A DNA stretch of 64,000 nucleotides from NCBI GenBank assembly GCA_019828565.1, contig JAHDYR010000062.1, forward strand, positions 1,250,421 to 1,314,420, read 5' to 3'. This DNA is from Carpediemonas membranifera BICM. Taxonomy: Eukaryota; Protista; Fornicata. The notes under the pieces were generated by a model, which was not told where the DNA came from, ran no database searches, and saw only the letters and a list, made by a program, of their open reading frames with translations. This document shows, in pieces, positions 29,389-40,769 of the stretch. The first letter of the stretch is position 1, and each line of letters begins with the position of its first letter. A program made the position numbers and the translations under genes.

Positions 29389-30133
29389 TTAGTAGCAATC
29401 CTCATCGATCTGAGTGCCGCATATCGACATGGTGTTGTGGTACTGTTTGATGGCGGGGCGGCTCCAGCCACCAAAGCTGCGCCAGTTGTGGGTGAGGGTC
29501 CCGACGCCGTCGTAACGGGGCCACCACAGCTGCATGTCGGCGAAATCCTTGCTGTTGCAAGTGATAGGGCTCCACTGGGACTCGGAGGTGTAGATACCGA
29601 TCTTGCCGGGCCACTCCTTGCGGAGGTTGTCGACAATCTCTCTGATGAAGCGGACGTTCTCAGAGCAGCTGGGGAAGAAGAGGCCGGTGTTCTCGATGTC
29701 GATCCACATCTGGGTCGAGCTGCTGTGAAGGCCGTCGGCCTTGAGGTGGTTGACAGTGTTGCGGACCTGGGAGGCGGCGTCGTGGGACTTGGAGGGGAAG
29801 ACTATGTGAGGGGCGGGGAGGGGCGGGACGAACAGTAGAGGTCGACATACTTGATGCCGGCGGCCTTGGCGTTGCGGAAGGCCTGGGCAACGTGAGAGTT
29901 GTACACACCGTTGCTGCACTGGGCCTGGATGATGCCAAACCTGTGTAAGACGATATGGAATGTGTTCGTACTCGTAGCCGTTGTGCTTGAGGCACTCGAG
30001 GTCAGCAACGCTAGGGGTGCCCTGCCAAACGCTATGTAAGGGGCGGATGGTCTAAAACTAACCTGAAATCGAAGCCCTTGGTGGCCAGCGCAGCCACACA
30101 GAGCGAAAGGAGGACGACAAATGTCAGCTTCAT
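29389..30133 (-). CDS. Secreted GH25-type lysozyme, three introns (30032-30062, 29941-29971, 29802-29833)
   Basis: Signal peptide MKLTFVVLLSLCVAALA, then KGFDFS, MWIDIE, GIYTSESQW, LWWPRYDG, FGGWSRPAIKQY. Three 31-32 nt GT-AG introns restore one frame. Confidence 0.88.
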
Positions 30134-30649
30134 GTTATTTTCGACCTAGATGTTCTTGGTGATCTGAATTCTTGAATGGTCTTCCGGTAGAGTTGAGACG
30201 ATGTCAGGATAATCTTTACCAGCCCCCACCAATGCCAGGCGAGCACATATCATCGCAGCCGGCTGTCAGGCAATGGTAATCGGAATTCGTGGCAATGCCT
30301 GTGGGTCGGGCAAGGCCATCTCCGGTGCTAAAATGTCGTCATGTATGGCTAAACAGAGTCGGGATCGCCCTTATGCCATGAATCATTGCGAAATATCAAT
30401 AGAAACACCGATGATTCTCCGTCAATCTCCGTCCCTCTCAAATCAATCTGGACGCCCACCTTCGACGTGACATTTGGAGTACTGAGATCCAAATGATCGG
30501 CAGCAGAGACGTTTATGTCACCGTATTCATTTGCCACCCCGCTACCTGCGGGAATCTGATCGAATCTTGCGGCATATCCAGGGCAGCTTGAATTTCAACT
30601 GGGCCCAGAGTCAACATTCACAGGAGCAGTTCTACTACTCTATAACCAA

Positions 30650-32144
30650 ATGGTCCACATTGACAAGGAGTATGACGTCATCGCTATCGGTGCTGGTGCT
30701 GGCATGGTCAAGGTTGTTCGCCCGGCCTTCCAGCTCGGCCTTAAGGCCGCGATTATCGAGAAGGGCAGATTTGGTGGCACTTGCCTCAACAGAGGCTGCA
30801 TCCCCAGCAAAATGTACATACACCCTTCCTCTGTGCTTCGTCACATGCTCCCTGACGAGCTTGAGAAGCATTTCATCACCCTCAAGGAGAAGCCCACCAT
30901 TGATTTCGAGGCCCTCCGCTCCTACGTGACCACAACCATCGACGGCACGTCCGACAACGCCGAGCGCTCCATCAAGGCGAACCCCAAGGTCGACGAGTAC
31001 CAAGTTGAGGCCAAGTTTGTCGGCGACCACCTGCTCCAGGTCGGTGACAAGGTCATCAAGGGCAAGATGATCATCATCGCAGTTGGCACCGTGCCCCAGA
31101 TCCCTAAGCTCCCCGGCCTCGAGGGCACGCCTTACTACACCTCCAACGAGATCCTCCGTCTCGAGAAGCTGCCCAAAACCATGATCACCATTGGCGGTGG
31201 CTACATCGCTTGTGAGCTCACCTACTTCCTCAAGACCGTCGGCGTCGATGTGACCCAGCTTGTACGCTCCGTCTTCATCCGGGCCGAGGACGAGGAGATC
31301 CAGCAGGAGTTCACGGACGTCTACACCAAGTACGTCAACTGCAAGGTCGGTCTCACCCTCAAGCGCGTCGAGCACAAGGACGGCATGTTCACGGTCTACT
31401 ACACCCCCACCGGCTCCGAGGAGGAGGTGTCTGTCACGGCTGAGGCACTCTTCGTCGCCACGGGTGTGACACCCCCCACTAAGGTGCTCAACCTCGAGTC
31501 GACCGGCGTCGAGGTCGACCAGCGCGGCTTCGTCAAGACCGACGAGTTCATGCGGACCACAGCTCCCGGTATCTACGCCATTGGCGATGTCGCCGGCAAG
31601 TGGCTTTTCCGGCACGCCGCCAACCGCGACGGCGAGTACCTTGTCGAGCACGTCGTCTACCCCATGTCCCAGGGCCAGGAGCCCAAGTTCGACACGCCCA
31701 TCGACTACCACGCAATGCCCCACGCCATCTTCTCGTTCCCCGAGTGCGCTGGCGTCGGCAAGCGCGAGTCTGACCTCGTCAAGGAGGGTATCCCCTTCGT
31801 CGCCGGCAAGGTCAAGTACCACAACAGCGCCATGGGTGGCGAGGCGATGCGCTCGGATCACGGTACTGTCAAGATCCTTGTCCACAAGGAGACCCGCGAG
31901 ATCCTCGGCTGCCACATGCTTGGCGAGGAGTGCTCAATCATGATCCACGAGGTTATCGCCATCATTAACCGCCACGGCAAGCTCGAGGACCTCCTCGGCA
32001 TGATCCACATCCACGTTTGTTTCCATTTTTCCAACCTTACCTTAGCCTGCACTTTCTGAGTTGGTCCGCAATGCCGGCCGCAACGCCAGGGACAAGCTGG
32101 CCGCCGAGGGCATCGAGCTCCCCCTGAACCTCCGCTGGTGTTAG
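30650..32144 (+). CDS. Class I pyridine nucleotide-disulfide oxidoreductase (dihydrolipoamide dehydrogenase/mycothione reductase-like), intron 32015-32045
   Basis: IGAGAG FAD motif, redox disulfide GGTCLNRGCIPSK and IGGGYI. Removing the 31-nt intron restores the catalytic HIHPALSE and a stop at 32144. Confidence 0.88.
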
Positions 32145-32655
32145 ATAAAGTCGATTGTCCTGATGTGTTGTCGATGATGTGCTGCGAACTCCGGCCACAG
32201 TCGACATTCATCGGCGACATCGTGGTCTTCCCTCAGATGTCTTCACACCGCTCCACTAGACCTCAGACCAACGGCAATTCGGACCCGGGATGACTAACGA
32301 AGCTTCCACGTTCAGGGAGCTACCCTCCAGGGCCGACTGTGTCCTCAACAGCGGCGGTTTATCTCTGTTCAATGGCGATTGTGGAATACCGGGTCTCTTT
32401 TGGCTCAGTGGTTCGACATCACACGATGACAGGTTGTTGATAAGACTGTCGACCTGCTGTGTCACCCAATTCAGTCGGACATGTGGCAGGCATGGGTGAT
32501 GGAAGGCCTTTGAAGGTGTCCCGTCGCCCTGATCGGGAATAGGGCGCCCCGGCGAGGCAGGATAAGGGCGAGATGCAGACCCGACCCGATCGTGCTTGTA
32601 AGTGATTGGCAATATGAAGTGTGCAACGCGCGATTTATGATAAAATGTATATGTA

Positions 32656-35600
32656 CTAGCGTATTGATATCAGGTGATTGTGGAGAACCGTTAGCGCCCG
32701 GCTGTCCACGACCATCGCTGTCACAGCCGAGCTGAACACCACTCGGTACAGGACGAATGCCAGCAGCGTCATGACCGTACAGAACACCACGATCAGCCAC
32801 TTGCCGACAGACATGTACAGCGCTAGGTTGTCGAACCGACTGTTGAACGTCGATGTTAGGCTCTTAACAAGCTTGTTCGTGGCCGTATACAGCGCCTGTG
32901 TGACCTCGACCGTGTCTGGCGCGGGGGCGATCGTGTGGAGCTCCAGCAGGTAGTCCGCGACGATGTCTGACACGACCGTGCCGGTGCCGGAAAACAGGAC
33001 CCGGGGGAAGATGTCGGTCACGGATGGTGTCACTGCGCTCAGACGTTCGTCGATGGTGTCGATGTCGCCGAGCATCGTCTCGAAGAACTGCACGGTGTCC
33101 GCAGGATCGGCCATCATCGCGGCCGCCGTGGTGACGACTGCTGCGGAGTCGGCCCCCACCGTCGCCGTGTCTGCGAGGAACGTCGCCAGTCTGAAGCCGC
33201 CAACGAAGAAGAGTGCGACGAGGACGAAGATCAGCAGGACCGTGAACGAGGCGAAGCACAGCGCGGCCACGGGTGGAACCAGGTGTTGCTGTACGGATTT
33301 CGTCAAGGCCATGCGACGTCTCTTGGCGGTCCCACGCTGGGCAGGAGCGGAGGCCGTGTACTGCTCGAACAGGGTCGCCGGGATGACGCCGAACATGAGG
33401 ATGGCGACCATGACGCCAAAGAGCGTCTCTGTCACGGCCAAGCAGACCGATCTGAAGGTCGTGACGTTGTCAATCGACGTGATCACCGCGCTCGAGGTCG
33501 TGCTGAACAAATCAAACACAGCATCGGTGGCGCGGTTGATGTCTTCGACGATGGTGCGGTCGACCAGCAGCGCCTGTGCCTGGCTGATCATGTGGTCAGA
33601 AGATTTGGACATATCCGTATCTGTATCAGTGAATCTACTGCGATCAACTGCCCTGGCATCCGCGCTGTCCCACGTGAAGTTCACCAGAGGATACGGCACC
33701 TCTGTGCCAGTGGACGTGGCCGCCAGCACGACCGAGACGTTGAAAGCCCTGTTGATGGCAGTGAGCTGCTCCAGAATGGCTTCGTGGTCGCCGTAGTCGA
33801 ATTTGGACAGTACCGAGAGGGTTTCCTGGACGGCAGCGAGCCTGTCAGCGACGAGCACGGCGTCGCCCTCGGGTTGGTTGAACACGAAGGCCTGCACCGA
33901 GGCAAGCAGGGCGTACTCCCGGACGCCGACGCGGTGCACGAGCCTGAGCTGGTCGAGCAGGCCGCCCTCTGTGAACGAGTACGCCTGGCCGGCGACTGCG
34001 GTGCCCAGCAGCAGACCGCCGATGAGGACGGTCATGAAGGACAGCACCTTGAACCAGGACCCACGGACGGGCGCGAGGATGCACCCCAAGGCGAGGAGTG
34101 GCAGTGAGATGAATAGAACCGACGAGAGCGTGAGGATGACCGACTCGACATGCTCGGCCAACAGCGCCTCGACGGACGTGTAGATGCTGTCCCCGAGCTC
34201 GCCCAGGAAGAGCATGGAGTCCAGACCGGCCGCCATCACGTGGGGATCCGTGACGACCGCCCGCCCGAGCACGGTCTGGTTGGCCCGGGGGAGGGCGCGG
34301 TCGGTCTCGGTGTCGGTGAACCACAGCGTCTGACGGCCGGGCGACACCTCAAGTTCAAGCTCGCCGCTGCTCTCGGCTGTGTAGTTCCAGGCCTGCTCGA
34401 GCATGCCGGTCGCCCCGTCCATGCCGCAGCCCCATGCCGCAATGGTCACACCGACCCTGGAGTGGAAGGTGGAGGGCACGGTGTCGAGCACACCCGCGCC
34501 AGTGGGGGCGTCTACGGCCTGGAAGCTGAGGTGGAGCTCTCGAAGCAGGTCCTCGGTGTACTGGGACGCGACGATGTCGTTGATGACGGAGAACGACATG
34601 TAGTCACACGCCACGGCGAACCGCACGCTGTGGAGCTGCCAGCTGCCGACCTCCGCGATGGCGTCGAGGATGTCAGACCGGACCATGTCCTTGGCCGCGC
34701 TTGTCGCGTCGTGCTCGTCTGCGGTGAGTGTGATCAGGTTTGTCTGGCCGATGACCAGGGTCGCCATGATGGCCACGATCACCGCAATCTCGGCCACCAT
34801 ACGGCGCCGCGTCATGAGCTGGCTGAACCGTCGCGGCTCCTGGGAGAGCGTCGACCCGGATTGATCCGACTCTGTCTCGGAGTCGCTGTCTGGGATGTAG
34901 ATCTGGAGATCCGATATCTCCGAGAAGTCGTCCATGTCGAACTGGGGCTGGGCGGATGTGATGCAGAGGTCGGGGTCGGTGTTGTCCGCCTTGGCCCATG
35001 AGGCCAGCCCCGGGCTGTCGGGTACGTAGCGGAAGTCCGCCCCGATGTCGTCAAACATGCTTCGGGCCGCACGGAGGGACCTCAGCTGGCTCCGGCCGGT
35101 GGCGTATGACGTCTGGAGAAGGTCGTTGAGACCCCGGTCAGAGGCCACGAAGACGACGCGGAACGCACGGGATATCAGCCATATCGAGAGGACTATGACG
35201 ACGAGCAGCTGGGCGGCGGCGGTGACGATGATGACGACAAGGACAATGGCAAGGATGGTCACAGCGTTGCTGTTGAAGCTGTCGACGAGCTGGGTCACGG
35301 CAAGGCCGAGGTAGCCGATGCCGTTGTCGACAAGCACGCCCGTCTCGTAGCCCACAAACTCGTCAACGTCCTCGACGGACAGATGCGCCATCACTGCGCC
35401 CATTGCCCCCAGCAGCGCCCACACGTGAGAGTCGACCACCATGGACGTCGTGGGGGAGTCGATCGACTTGAGCTCGCTGGGGGAGATGACGTCGCCCCAC
35501 AGGCCCGCCGAGGCGATGGCCGAGAGACTGCCGCTGATGATCGTCGCGGAGTCGGACAATACGTCAGGGAAGCTGGCGTCAAAGGCGGCCTGATCGGCGT

Positions 35601-37917
35601 CGTCGAGGGAGCCGAGGGCCGCGGCCATGACGCCCTGCTGGATGGCGGCCGAGACGTCGTTGAGGTCTGCAACGAGGTCGAGGTTCGCGCCCAGTAGCCC
35701 GGCGAAGAAGAATGTCATAGCCAGGATGACGGCGAGGAAGGTGACGCTGGCGAAGAACGTCGTCATGAGGGACCGGGACAGCTGCGTGCGCATCTCGGTC
35801 TCGCCCAGAGATCCGATCCATGTACCCGTCGAAGAGGCCGAGACAGAGCTTGTCGAGGCGCTGAAGACCGACAGCTTGGCATCGTCCTCGCCTGTGTCGC
35901 CCCTAACCTGCTGGGAGGCGATCTTGTCCTTGAGGACGTCCTCCAGGAAGGCGCTGTACCATGTCCTGATGGTTGAGTTGCCCGGGTACCGCTGGAACAG
36001 ACGGGAGTAGTGCCGCTCGGTGTTGTGGATCGCCTGCCCGATAAAGTGCACCTGCTGGACAACCCTCGCGGCGTCCGGCTGCCTGCGCATGACGAGAGGC
36101 CAGAACTTACTCATCACGGTGATCGTCGCATAGTGGTGTGCCCGCGCCTTCTCGAGGTTGGCCTGGACGTCCATGAACTCAGCTGCACGGTCCATACTCT
36201 CGAGGGCAAAAGTGCACCTCATGAACTCGACGTACTGGCGGGCGGCGTACAGGAAGATGTGGTTCTCCATGCGCCGCTTGCTCGCCTTGCTGGCCAGCAG
36301 ATCGATCATGGCGGGGCACGATGCGATCGTGTGCGGCGACTGCGCCCCGACGAAGATGAGTGCCTTGTGGGCGGCCTGCTGAAACTTGTCAGTGTGGATG
36401 AACTCCGCCCGGCGGAACATCATCGTCGCCACGTTCCACAGCGCTAACTTGCCCTCGTCGGTGATGCCGCTCCGCCCGAACGATGCGGGATCCTGGCTGA
36501 TGAGGGTGCGGGTCCCGATCTTCACGGTGAGGGGCGAGGCCCCGGCGAGGTCGGGCTGGGCTAGGATGACCATGCGCTCCCTCGCTATACGACGGATGAT
36601 CTCGTCTCTACCGGTCTGGCCCTTGATCGTGCGGACGATCATCTCGGAGTACGTCGGCCTGTGCTCGCCGAATACGGTGCTCAGCATGATCTGCTCGGCG
36701 ATCATCACCCGGAGGTAGACTATGAAGGACGCCAGGGGGATCCCGGGAAGCATTAGCAGCGCCAGGGCCATCCCAGCGGCGGCCATGAGGTAGTGGCCGG
36801 TCTCGCCCATGTCGGGGATGATGAAGCACCACACGCTGAACAGAATGCCGACCACACCTGTGCTGAGGACGCCCGCTAGGGACCCTATGTGGGTGACGTT
36901 CAATCCGAGTTGCCTGAAGGGCACGAGGTACGTTTGGACGACCAGGGCAAGCACGGAGGAGCCAACAGCTGCCAGAGAAATGGTGAGGCGATACAACGTG
37001 ATGCCCAGCTGCTGTCGACTGGTGAGGCCGGCAATTGTGTCGGTGAACGAGCCGATGACGGCCCCGCCGAGGGAGTTGGTGAGCAGGATCATGAAGAGCA
37101 GCATGAGGAAGTCAGTAGTTCGAAACGACCGCGGGTTGGGGGGCGCCGTGACGACGGACCCGGCTATGTACACGTGTACAACGTGTACGGCCTCCAGCCC
37201 GATGATGAGGGCGAGCATGCTGTACGAGGCCAGGGCCGGGCGGGTCTCGCGGGCCCGCTCTAGGGGAATGCGGCCGAGACTCGCGCCCAGTGACCCGTCT
37301 AGTATTACGGACAGCATGATGATGCGGAAGATGTACAGCTGGAGGTTGGATTGTCGCAGCCACTTCATCAGCTGATGGTGGCCCCCTCGGAGACAGAGGG
37401 CGCCGCCTACAGCGCACAGGATCACTATCGCCTCAATGACGGTGATAAGGTACACCATAGCATCGTTCGGGATGATACTAGAGGCAGAGGGGCAGCAGAG
37501 GACAGAGAGAACGTTTCCGATGAACTTCAGCTGGGTGGCACGCAGGACGACGAGGGGAAGGATCAAAGACGAGAGGATTGCGGAGAGGAACGGGATGAGT
37601 GAGATCATCTTGCGATGCGTCGTGTCCTGGGAGGCTGGAGCGAAGTAAAGGGAGTAGAGCCCCGATATTTGTGGGAACGACGAGCCTGGTGCTGTTGTCG
37701 GACGTCCGTGTGAGGCCTCGAGTATTGCTAGTTGTGTACATCTAGAAGATAACCTATGGAAGTCTGCTTCGTTTGCATTGTTGTGTTCGGCCCCACCGGG
37801 CGCCATCGGATACAGTATGTCGCTGTCGTCTTCGTTTGCTCGCGCATCGAAGCTATTATGCCCTATATTAGATTCTAACCGGCTCATAGCCGGGTTTTGT
37901 CCATAATTCGCGCTCAT
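32656..37917 (-). CDS. Large multipass membrane protein, TmcB/TmcC (tiny macrocysts)-like
   Basis: 1753 aa with many hydrophobic helices. YSRLFQRYPGNSTIRTWYSAFLEDVLKD followed by a Ser-rich tract resembles the TmcB TPR-like segment. Confidence 0.6.
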   Translation of the reverse strand: MSANYGQNPAMSRLESNIGHNSFDARANEDDSDILYPMAPGGAEHNNANEADFHRLSSRCTQLAILEASHGRPTTAPGSSFPQISGLYSLYFAPASQDTTHRKMISLIPFLSAILSSLILPLVVLRATQLKFIGNVLSVLCCPSASSIIPNDAMVYLITVIEAIVILCAVGGALCLRGGHHQLMKWLRQSNLQLYIFRIIMLSVILDGSLGASLGRIPLERARETRPALASYSMLALIIGLEAVHVVHVYIAGSVVTAPPNPRSFRTTDFLMLLFMILLTNSLGGAVIGSFTDTIAGLTSRQQLGITLYRLTISLAAVGSSVLALVVQTYLVPFRQLGLNVTHIGSLAGVLSTGVVGILFSVWCFIIPDMGETGHYLMAAAGMALALLMLPGIPLASFIVYLRVMIAEQIMLSTVFGEHRPTYSEMIVRTIKGQTGRDEIIRRIARERMVILAQPDLAGASPLTVKIGTRTLISQDPASFGRSGITDEGKLALWNVATMMFRRAEFIHTDKFQQAAHKALIFVGAQSPHTIASCPAMIDLLASKASKRRMENHIFLYAARQYVEFMRCTFALESMDRAAEFMDVQANLEKARAHHYATITVMSKFWPLVMRRQPDAARVVQQVHFIGQAIHNTERHYSRLFQRYPGNSTIRTWYSAFLEDVLKDKIASQQVRGDTGEDDAKLSVFSASTSSVSASSTGTWIGSLGETEMRTQLSRSLMTTFFASVTFLAVILAMTFFFAGLLGANLDLVADLNDVSAAIQQGVMAAALGSLDDADQAAFDASFPDVLSDSATIISGSLSAIASAGLWGDVISPSELKSIDSPTTSMVVDSHVWALLGAMGAVMAHLSVEDVDEFVGYETGVLVDNGIGYLGLAVTQLVDSFNSNAVTILAIVLVVIIVTAAAQLLVVIVLSIWLISRAFRVVFVASDRGLNDLLQTSYATGRSQLRSLRAARSMFDDIGADFRYVPDSPGLASWAKADNTDPDLCITSAQPQFDMDDFSEISDLQIYIPDSDSETESDQSGSTLSQEPRRFSQLMTRRRMVAEIAVIVAIMATLVIGQTNLITLTADEHDATSAAKDMVRSDILDAIAEVGSWQLHSVRFAVACDYMSFSVINDIVASQYTEDLLRELHLSFQAVDAPTGAGVLDTVPSTFHSRVGVTIAAWGCGMDGATGMLEQAWNYTAESSGELELEVSPGRQTLWFTDTETDRALPRANQTVLGRAVVTDPHVMAAGLDSMLFLGELGDSIYTSVEALLAEHVESVILTLSSVLFISLPLLALGCILAPVRGSWFKVLSFMTVLIGGLLLGTAVAGQAYSFTEGGLLDQLRLVHRVGVREYALLASVQAFVFNQPEGDAVLVADRLAAVQETLSVLSKFDYGDHEAILEQLTAINRAFNVSVVLAATSTGTEVPYPLVNFTWDSADARAVDRSRFTDTDTDMSKSSDHMISQAQALLVDRTIVEDINRATDAVFDLFSTTSSAVITSIDNVTTFRSVCLAVTETLFGVMVAILMFGVIPATLFEQYTASAPAQRGTAKRRRMALTKSVQQHLVPPVAALCFASFTVLLIFVLVALFFVGGFRLATFLADTATVGADSAAVVTTAAAMMADPADTVQFFETMLGDIDTIDERLSAVTPSVTDIFPRVLFSGTGTVVSDIVADYLLELHTIAPAPDTVEVTQALYTATNKLVKSLTSTFNSRFDNLALYMSVGKWLIVVFCTVMTLLAFVLYRVVFSSAVTAMVVDSRALTVLHNHLISIR

Positions 37918-38165
37918 GGTGAAGCGGAATCGCTACATGCCGTCGTAAAATGCGTTTTCAAGCCAAAGGAGCTGGGCATGCTCTGGCGTCCCCCAGCCTC
38001 CCAGAAGACCCAGGGACCTAACTTCCAACGTCTACCAGCATTTCGTCTCGAGATCATCATTATCGCCCATCGCTGGTGGTCATCATGAAGCCGACACAAT
38101 TGGTCACGGCCAAGGCGAACCTCAGTCATCGATGTCATCAGCGCCAACAACGATCACTGTCCATT

Positions 38166-40463
38166 TTACCTGAGCATGAGCGAATCCATGAGCCAGAACA
38201 GATGCCGGCCGTCACGCCTGATGCCCTCGTCCTCGGGAATCATCTCCCGCAGCGTCTCATCCGACACAGGTCCAAACTCGGCCGTGAGCTGCGCCATCAA
38301 CGCGTCCATCCGGCCGGACGCGTCTTGAGACCCGTCCTGCTGGCCGACGATGTCGATCACACGGGAGATGAACGCCTGCTGGTCGAACGCGAACTCCTTG
38401 GCGTGCTGCCGGTTCCGGGGCCGGAGCTGAATGCGCTCGCGGGGGCGGCCTACAGCCTCGACGTTTGTGGGCATGAGCTTGGCGCGCTTGACATCGCGTG
38501 TCTCGCGTTCCTCGAAGCTGCGGTCGCCGAAGAGAGCAGACCACATCAGCTGCTTCGCCACCTTCACGTCGGCGTCTATGACGGCGTCCCTGCTCATCAG
38601 CTTGGCGTGGGCGACGGCCAGCCGCTTCATGCCCTCCAGTGTGCGCCATGTGACGGGCAGCCTCGACCCCTGCTCCTCGGACTTCAGCTTGAGGTCACGG
38701 TATGCCTGGGCAAGGTCCTCGATGACCTCCGCCTTCTCCAGCACGGGCTTCTTGACGCGGCGACACCATACGAAGAGGCGGCGCATGAACTCGCGGCAGA
38801 GGCAGAGCTTGTCGTCGTCTGCCACGTGCCCGGCCTTCTCCTCGGCCAGCTTGAGCGGCGCCAGGGCGTTTGTGTACGCCATGAACGGGTAGCTCTCGTC
38901 TGTCTCCTCGCCGGGCTCCTCGTACGTCAGCAGCCGGCTCGACTCCGCCGTCCGGCCCCGCCGAGTGAACTGGGGGCGGGTGTCTTGCGGCTTGGTGGAG
39001 CAGGTCGTGCACGTGTTGATGATCTGGTACGATATGTTGGCGTCCTCGGTCGTGTCATCGAGGATGATGAAGAGTAGATCAAATCTCGACAAAATCGTAT
39101 CAGATAGGTTGATGTTCTGTCCGACAGTCATGTTCGCATCGTAGTTACCCATCTTCGGGTTGGCCGCCGCCAGCACGCTGCATCTGGCGTTGAGTTGGGC
39201 GTGCAGCCCGGCCTTGGCGATTGTGACGGTCTGCTGCTCCATCGCCTCGTGCATGGCCACCCGATCGAACTCGTCCATCTTGTCGAACTCGTCGATGCAC
39301 AGGATTCCCTGGTCCGCCAGCACCATGGCGCCCGCCTCGAGCCTCTTCTCGCCGCTCTCCCTGTCGCTGACGACGGCAGCGGTGAGACCAACACCAGAGC
39401 TGCTCTTGCCCGTGGTGTTGAGGGCGATGGGCATCAGGTCCTTCACGTACCGCAGCATCTGGCTCTTCCCGCAGCCGGGGTCGCCGACCATGAGGATGGA
39501 GATGTCACCACGAACACGGTGCACGGCGTCGGCCTCGCCCCCCACACCGCCGGCCAGGAACAGCGCGAGGGCCCGCTTGACGTCTCTGTGGCCGTAGATG
39601 AACGGGGCGATGGACCGCGAGATCAGCCGGAACAGACCTTGCTCGCCCAGGTCGGCCTTGAGGCGGTTCAGCTCGAGCTCGACCTTGGTGCGGGCTTCTT
39701 CGGACTCCAACTCGGTGACGTCGTTGTTGTTGAGCAGGTGGATATTGTTGGCGACCACGATACACTTGGGTGACATCGTCCGGCCCGACGTGCGGTAGTA
39801 GCCGTAGATCCGGACACGATCGCCGGGGCTGCACTTGTTGACGAGGTCGTCGACCAGGATAACCTCTGTAGAGGTGCTGATCTGACCAACGGGCGTGACC
39901 TCGGGCGGCTCCTGGACGACGATCGTCTGCTGGTCCTCATACTTCGAGGGGCCCCACTCAGGGTGCAGCTTGTTGCCGTGCTCATCTGCAGTAGGTACAA
40001 CCGGAACGCTGGAGGTCGCGCCAAGCTGGGTGAGGGGGTCACCGAACGAGATCTCGACGGTCTGCCCCGTGGCCTTGCACGACAGCGTCGTACGGACGGT
40101 ACGGCATTGCACGTCGCCCTTGCTGGACACATTGCCCTCAATGACGACGATCTTGCCGATGTGTGCGCCGCTGCGGAGCCCGCGGGGGGTTACAGGGAAG
40201 TGCTTCACGTGGCCGCTGAAGCCTACACGGATCTGGTTCCCGGAGCCGTTGTGCTCGTTGATAATCTCTTCCATATAGGCTACTGCCTCGGTTGGGTTCT
40301 CCATAATAGAGTTTTCGAGCCCACGGATCTCGGATTCCGCCTCAAACTCCTGTATGTCCCGGAAATCGATGATAACGCGGTGTAGTTCCTGGTCCGCGGA
40401 TATTTTTGGGCTAACCTTCTGTGCAACAAACTCAATTAGCTGTTGCCTGAGCGTATCGGTCAT
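38166..40463 (-). CDS. MCM3: DNA replication licensing factor MCM3
   Basis: GDPGCGKSQ Walker A, SSGVGLTAAVVSDRESGEKRLEAGAMVLAD, IDEFDKM, HEAMEQQTVTIAKAGLHAQLNARCSVLAAANP, SRFD. Confidence 0.93.
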   Translation of the reverse strand: MTDTLRQQLIEFVAQKVSPKISADQELHRVIIDFRDIQEFEAESEIRGLENSIMENPTEAVAYMEEIINEHNGSGNQIRVGFSGHVKHFPVTPRGLRSGAHIGKIVVIEGNVSSKGDVQCRTVRTTLSCKATGQTVEISFGDPLTQLGATSSVPVVPTADEHGNKLHPEWGPSKYEDQQTIVVQEPPEVTPVGQISTSTEVILVDDLVNKCSPGDRVRIYGYYRTSGRTMSPKCIVVANNIHLLNNNDVTELESEEARTKVELELNRLKADLGEQGLFRLISRSIAPFIYGHRDVKRALALFLAGGVGGEADAVHRVRGDISILMVGDPGCGKSQMLRYVKDLMPIALNTTGKSSSGVGLTAAVVSDRESGEKRLEAGAMVLADQGILCIDEFDKMDEFDRVAMHEAMEQQTVTIAKAGLHAQLNARCSVLAAANPKMGNYDANMTVGQNINLSDTILSRFDLLFIILDDTTEDANISYQIINTCTTCSTKPQDTRPQFTRRGRTAESSRLLTYEEPGEETDESYPFMAYTNALAPLKLAEEKAGHVADDDKLCLCREFMRRLFVWCRRVKKPVLEKAEVIEDLAQAYRDLKLKSEEQGSRLPVTWRTLEGMKRLAVAHAKLMSRDAVIDADVKVAKQLMWSALFGDRSFEERETRDVKRAKLMPTNVEAVGRPRERIQLRPRNRQHAKEFAFDQQAFISRVIDIVGQQDGSQDASGRMDALMAQLTAEFGPVSDETLREMIPEDEGIRRDGRHLFWLMDSLMLR

Positions 40464-40769
40464 TTTGAGGTATTTGCCGTCCGATCAGCTGTGAATTTCG
40501 CAGGATAACCATATCTCACCTGATTTGAGCTAGGATCGAATAGGGCTTGCCATGGCGATGGAGAGTGCTAGCAGGGCCACGTATAAGCTTTTTGGAAAAT
40601 TTTAATTCACAAGCCCATCAACCAAATGAATAACGGGCGCTGGACCGAGCGCCGGGTCCTATGTGTATTGCAGATCGGTATTACGTGTGCCAGCGACCGC
40701 ATGGTGTTGCACGGCCCGTCCGCCAGGCCCAAGGCCGCTTGGTGATACCCGCAGAACACGGCCAGGACA

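Noticed and set aside
30635-31915. Long antisense ORFs (also 18996-20384, 62304-63947 and many others)
   Set aside because: These are shadow ORFs caused by high GC3 codon bias of the real genes on the opposite strand.
38166-40463. MCM lacking a canonical C4 zinc finger
   Set aside because: A degenerate zinc finger is normal for MCM3.
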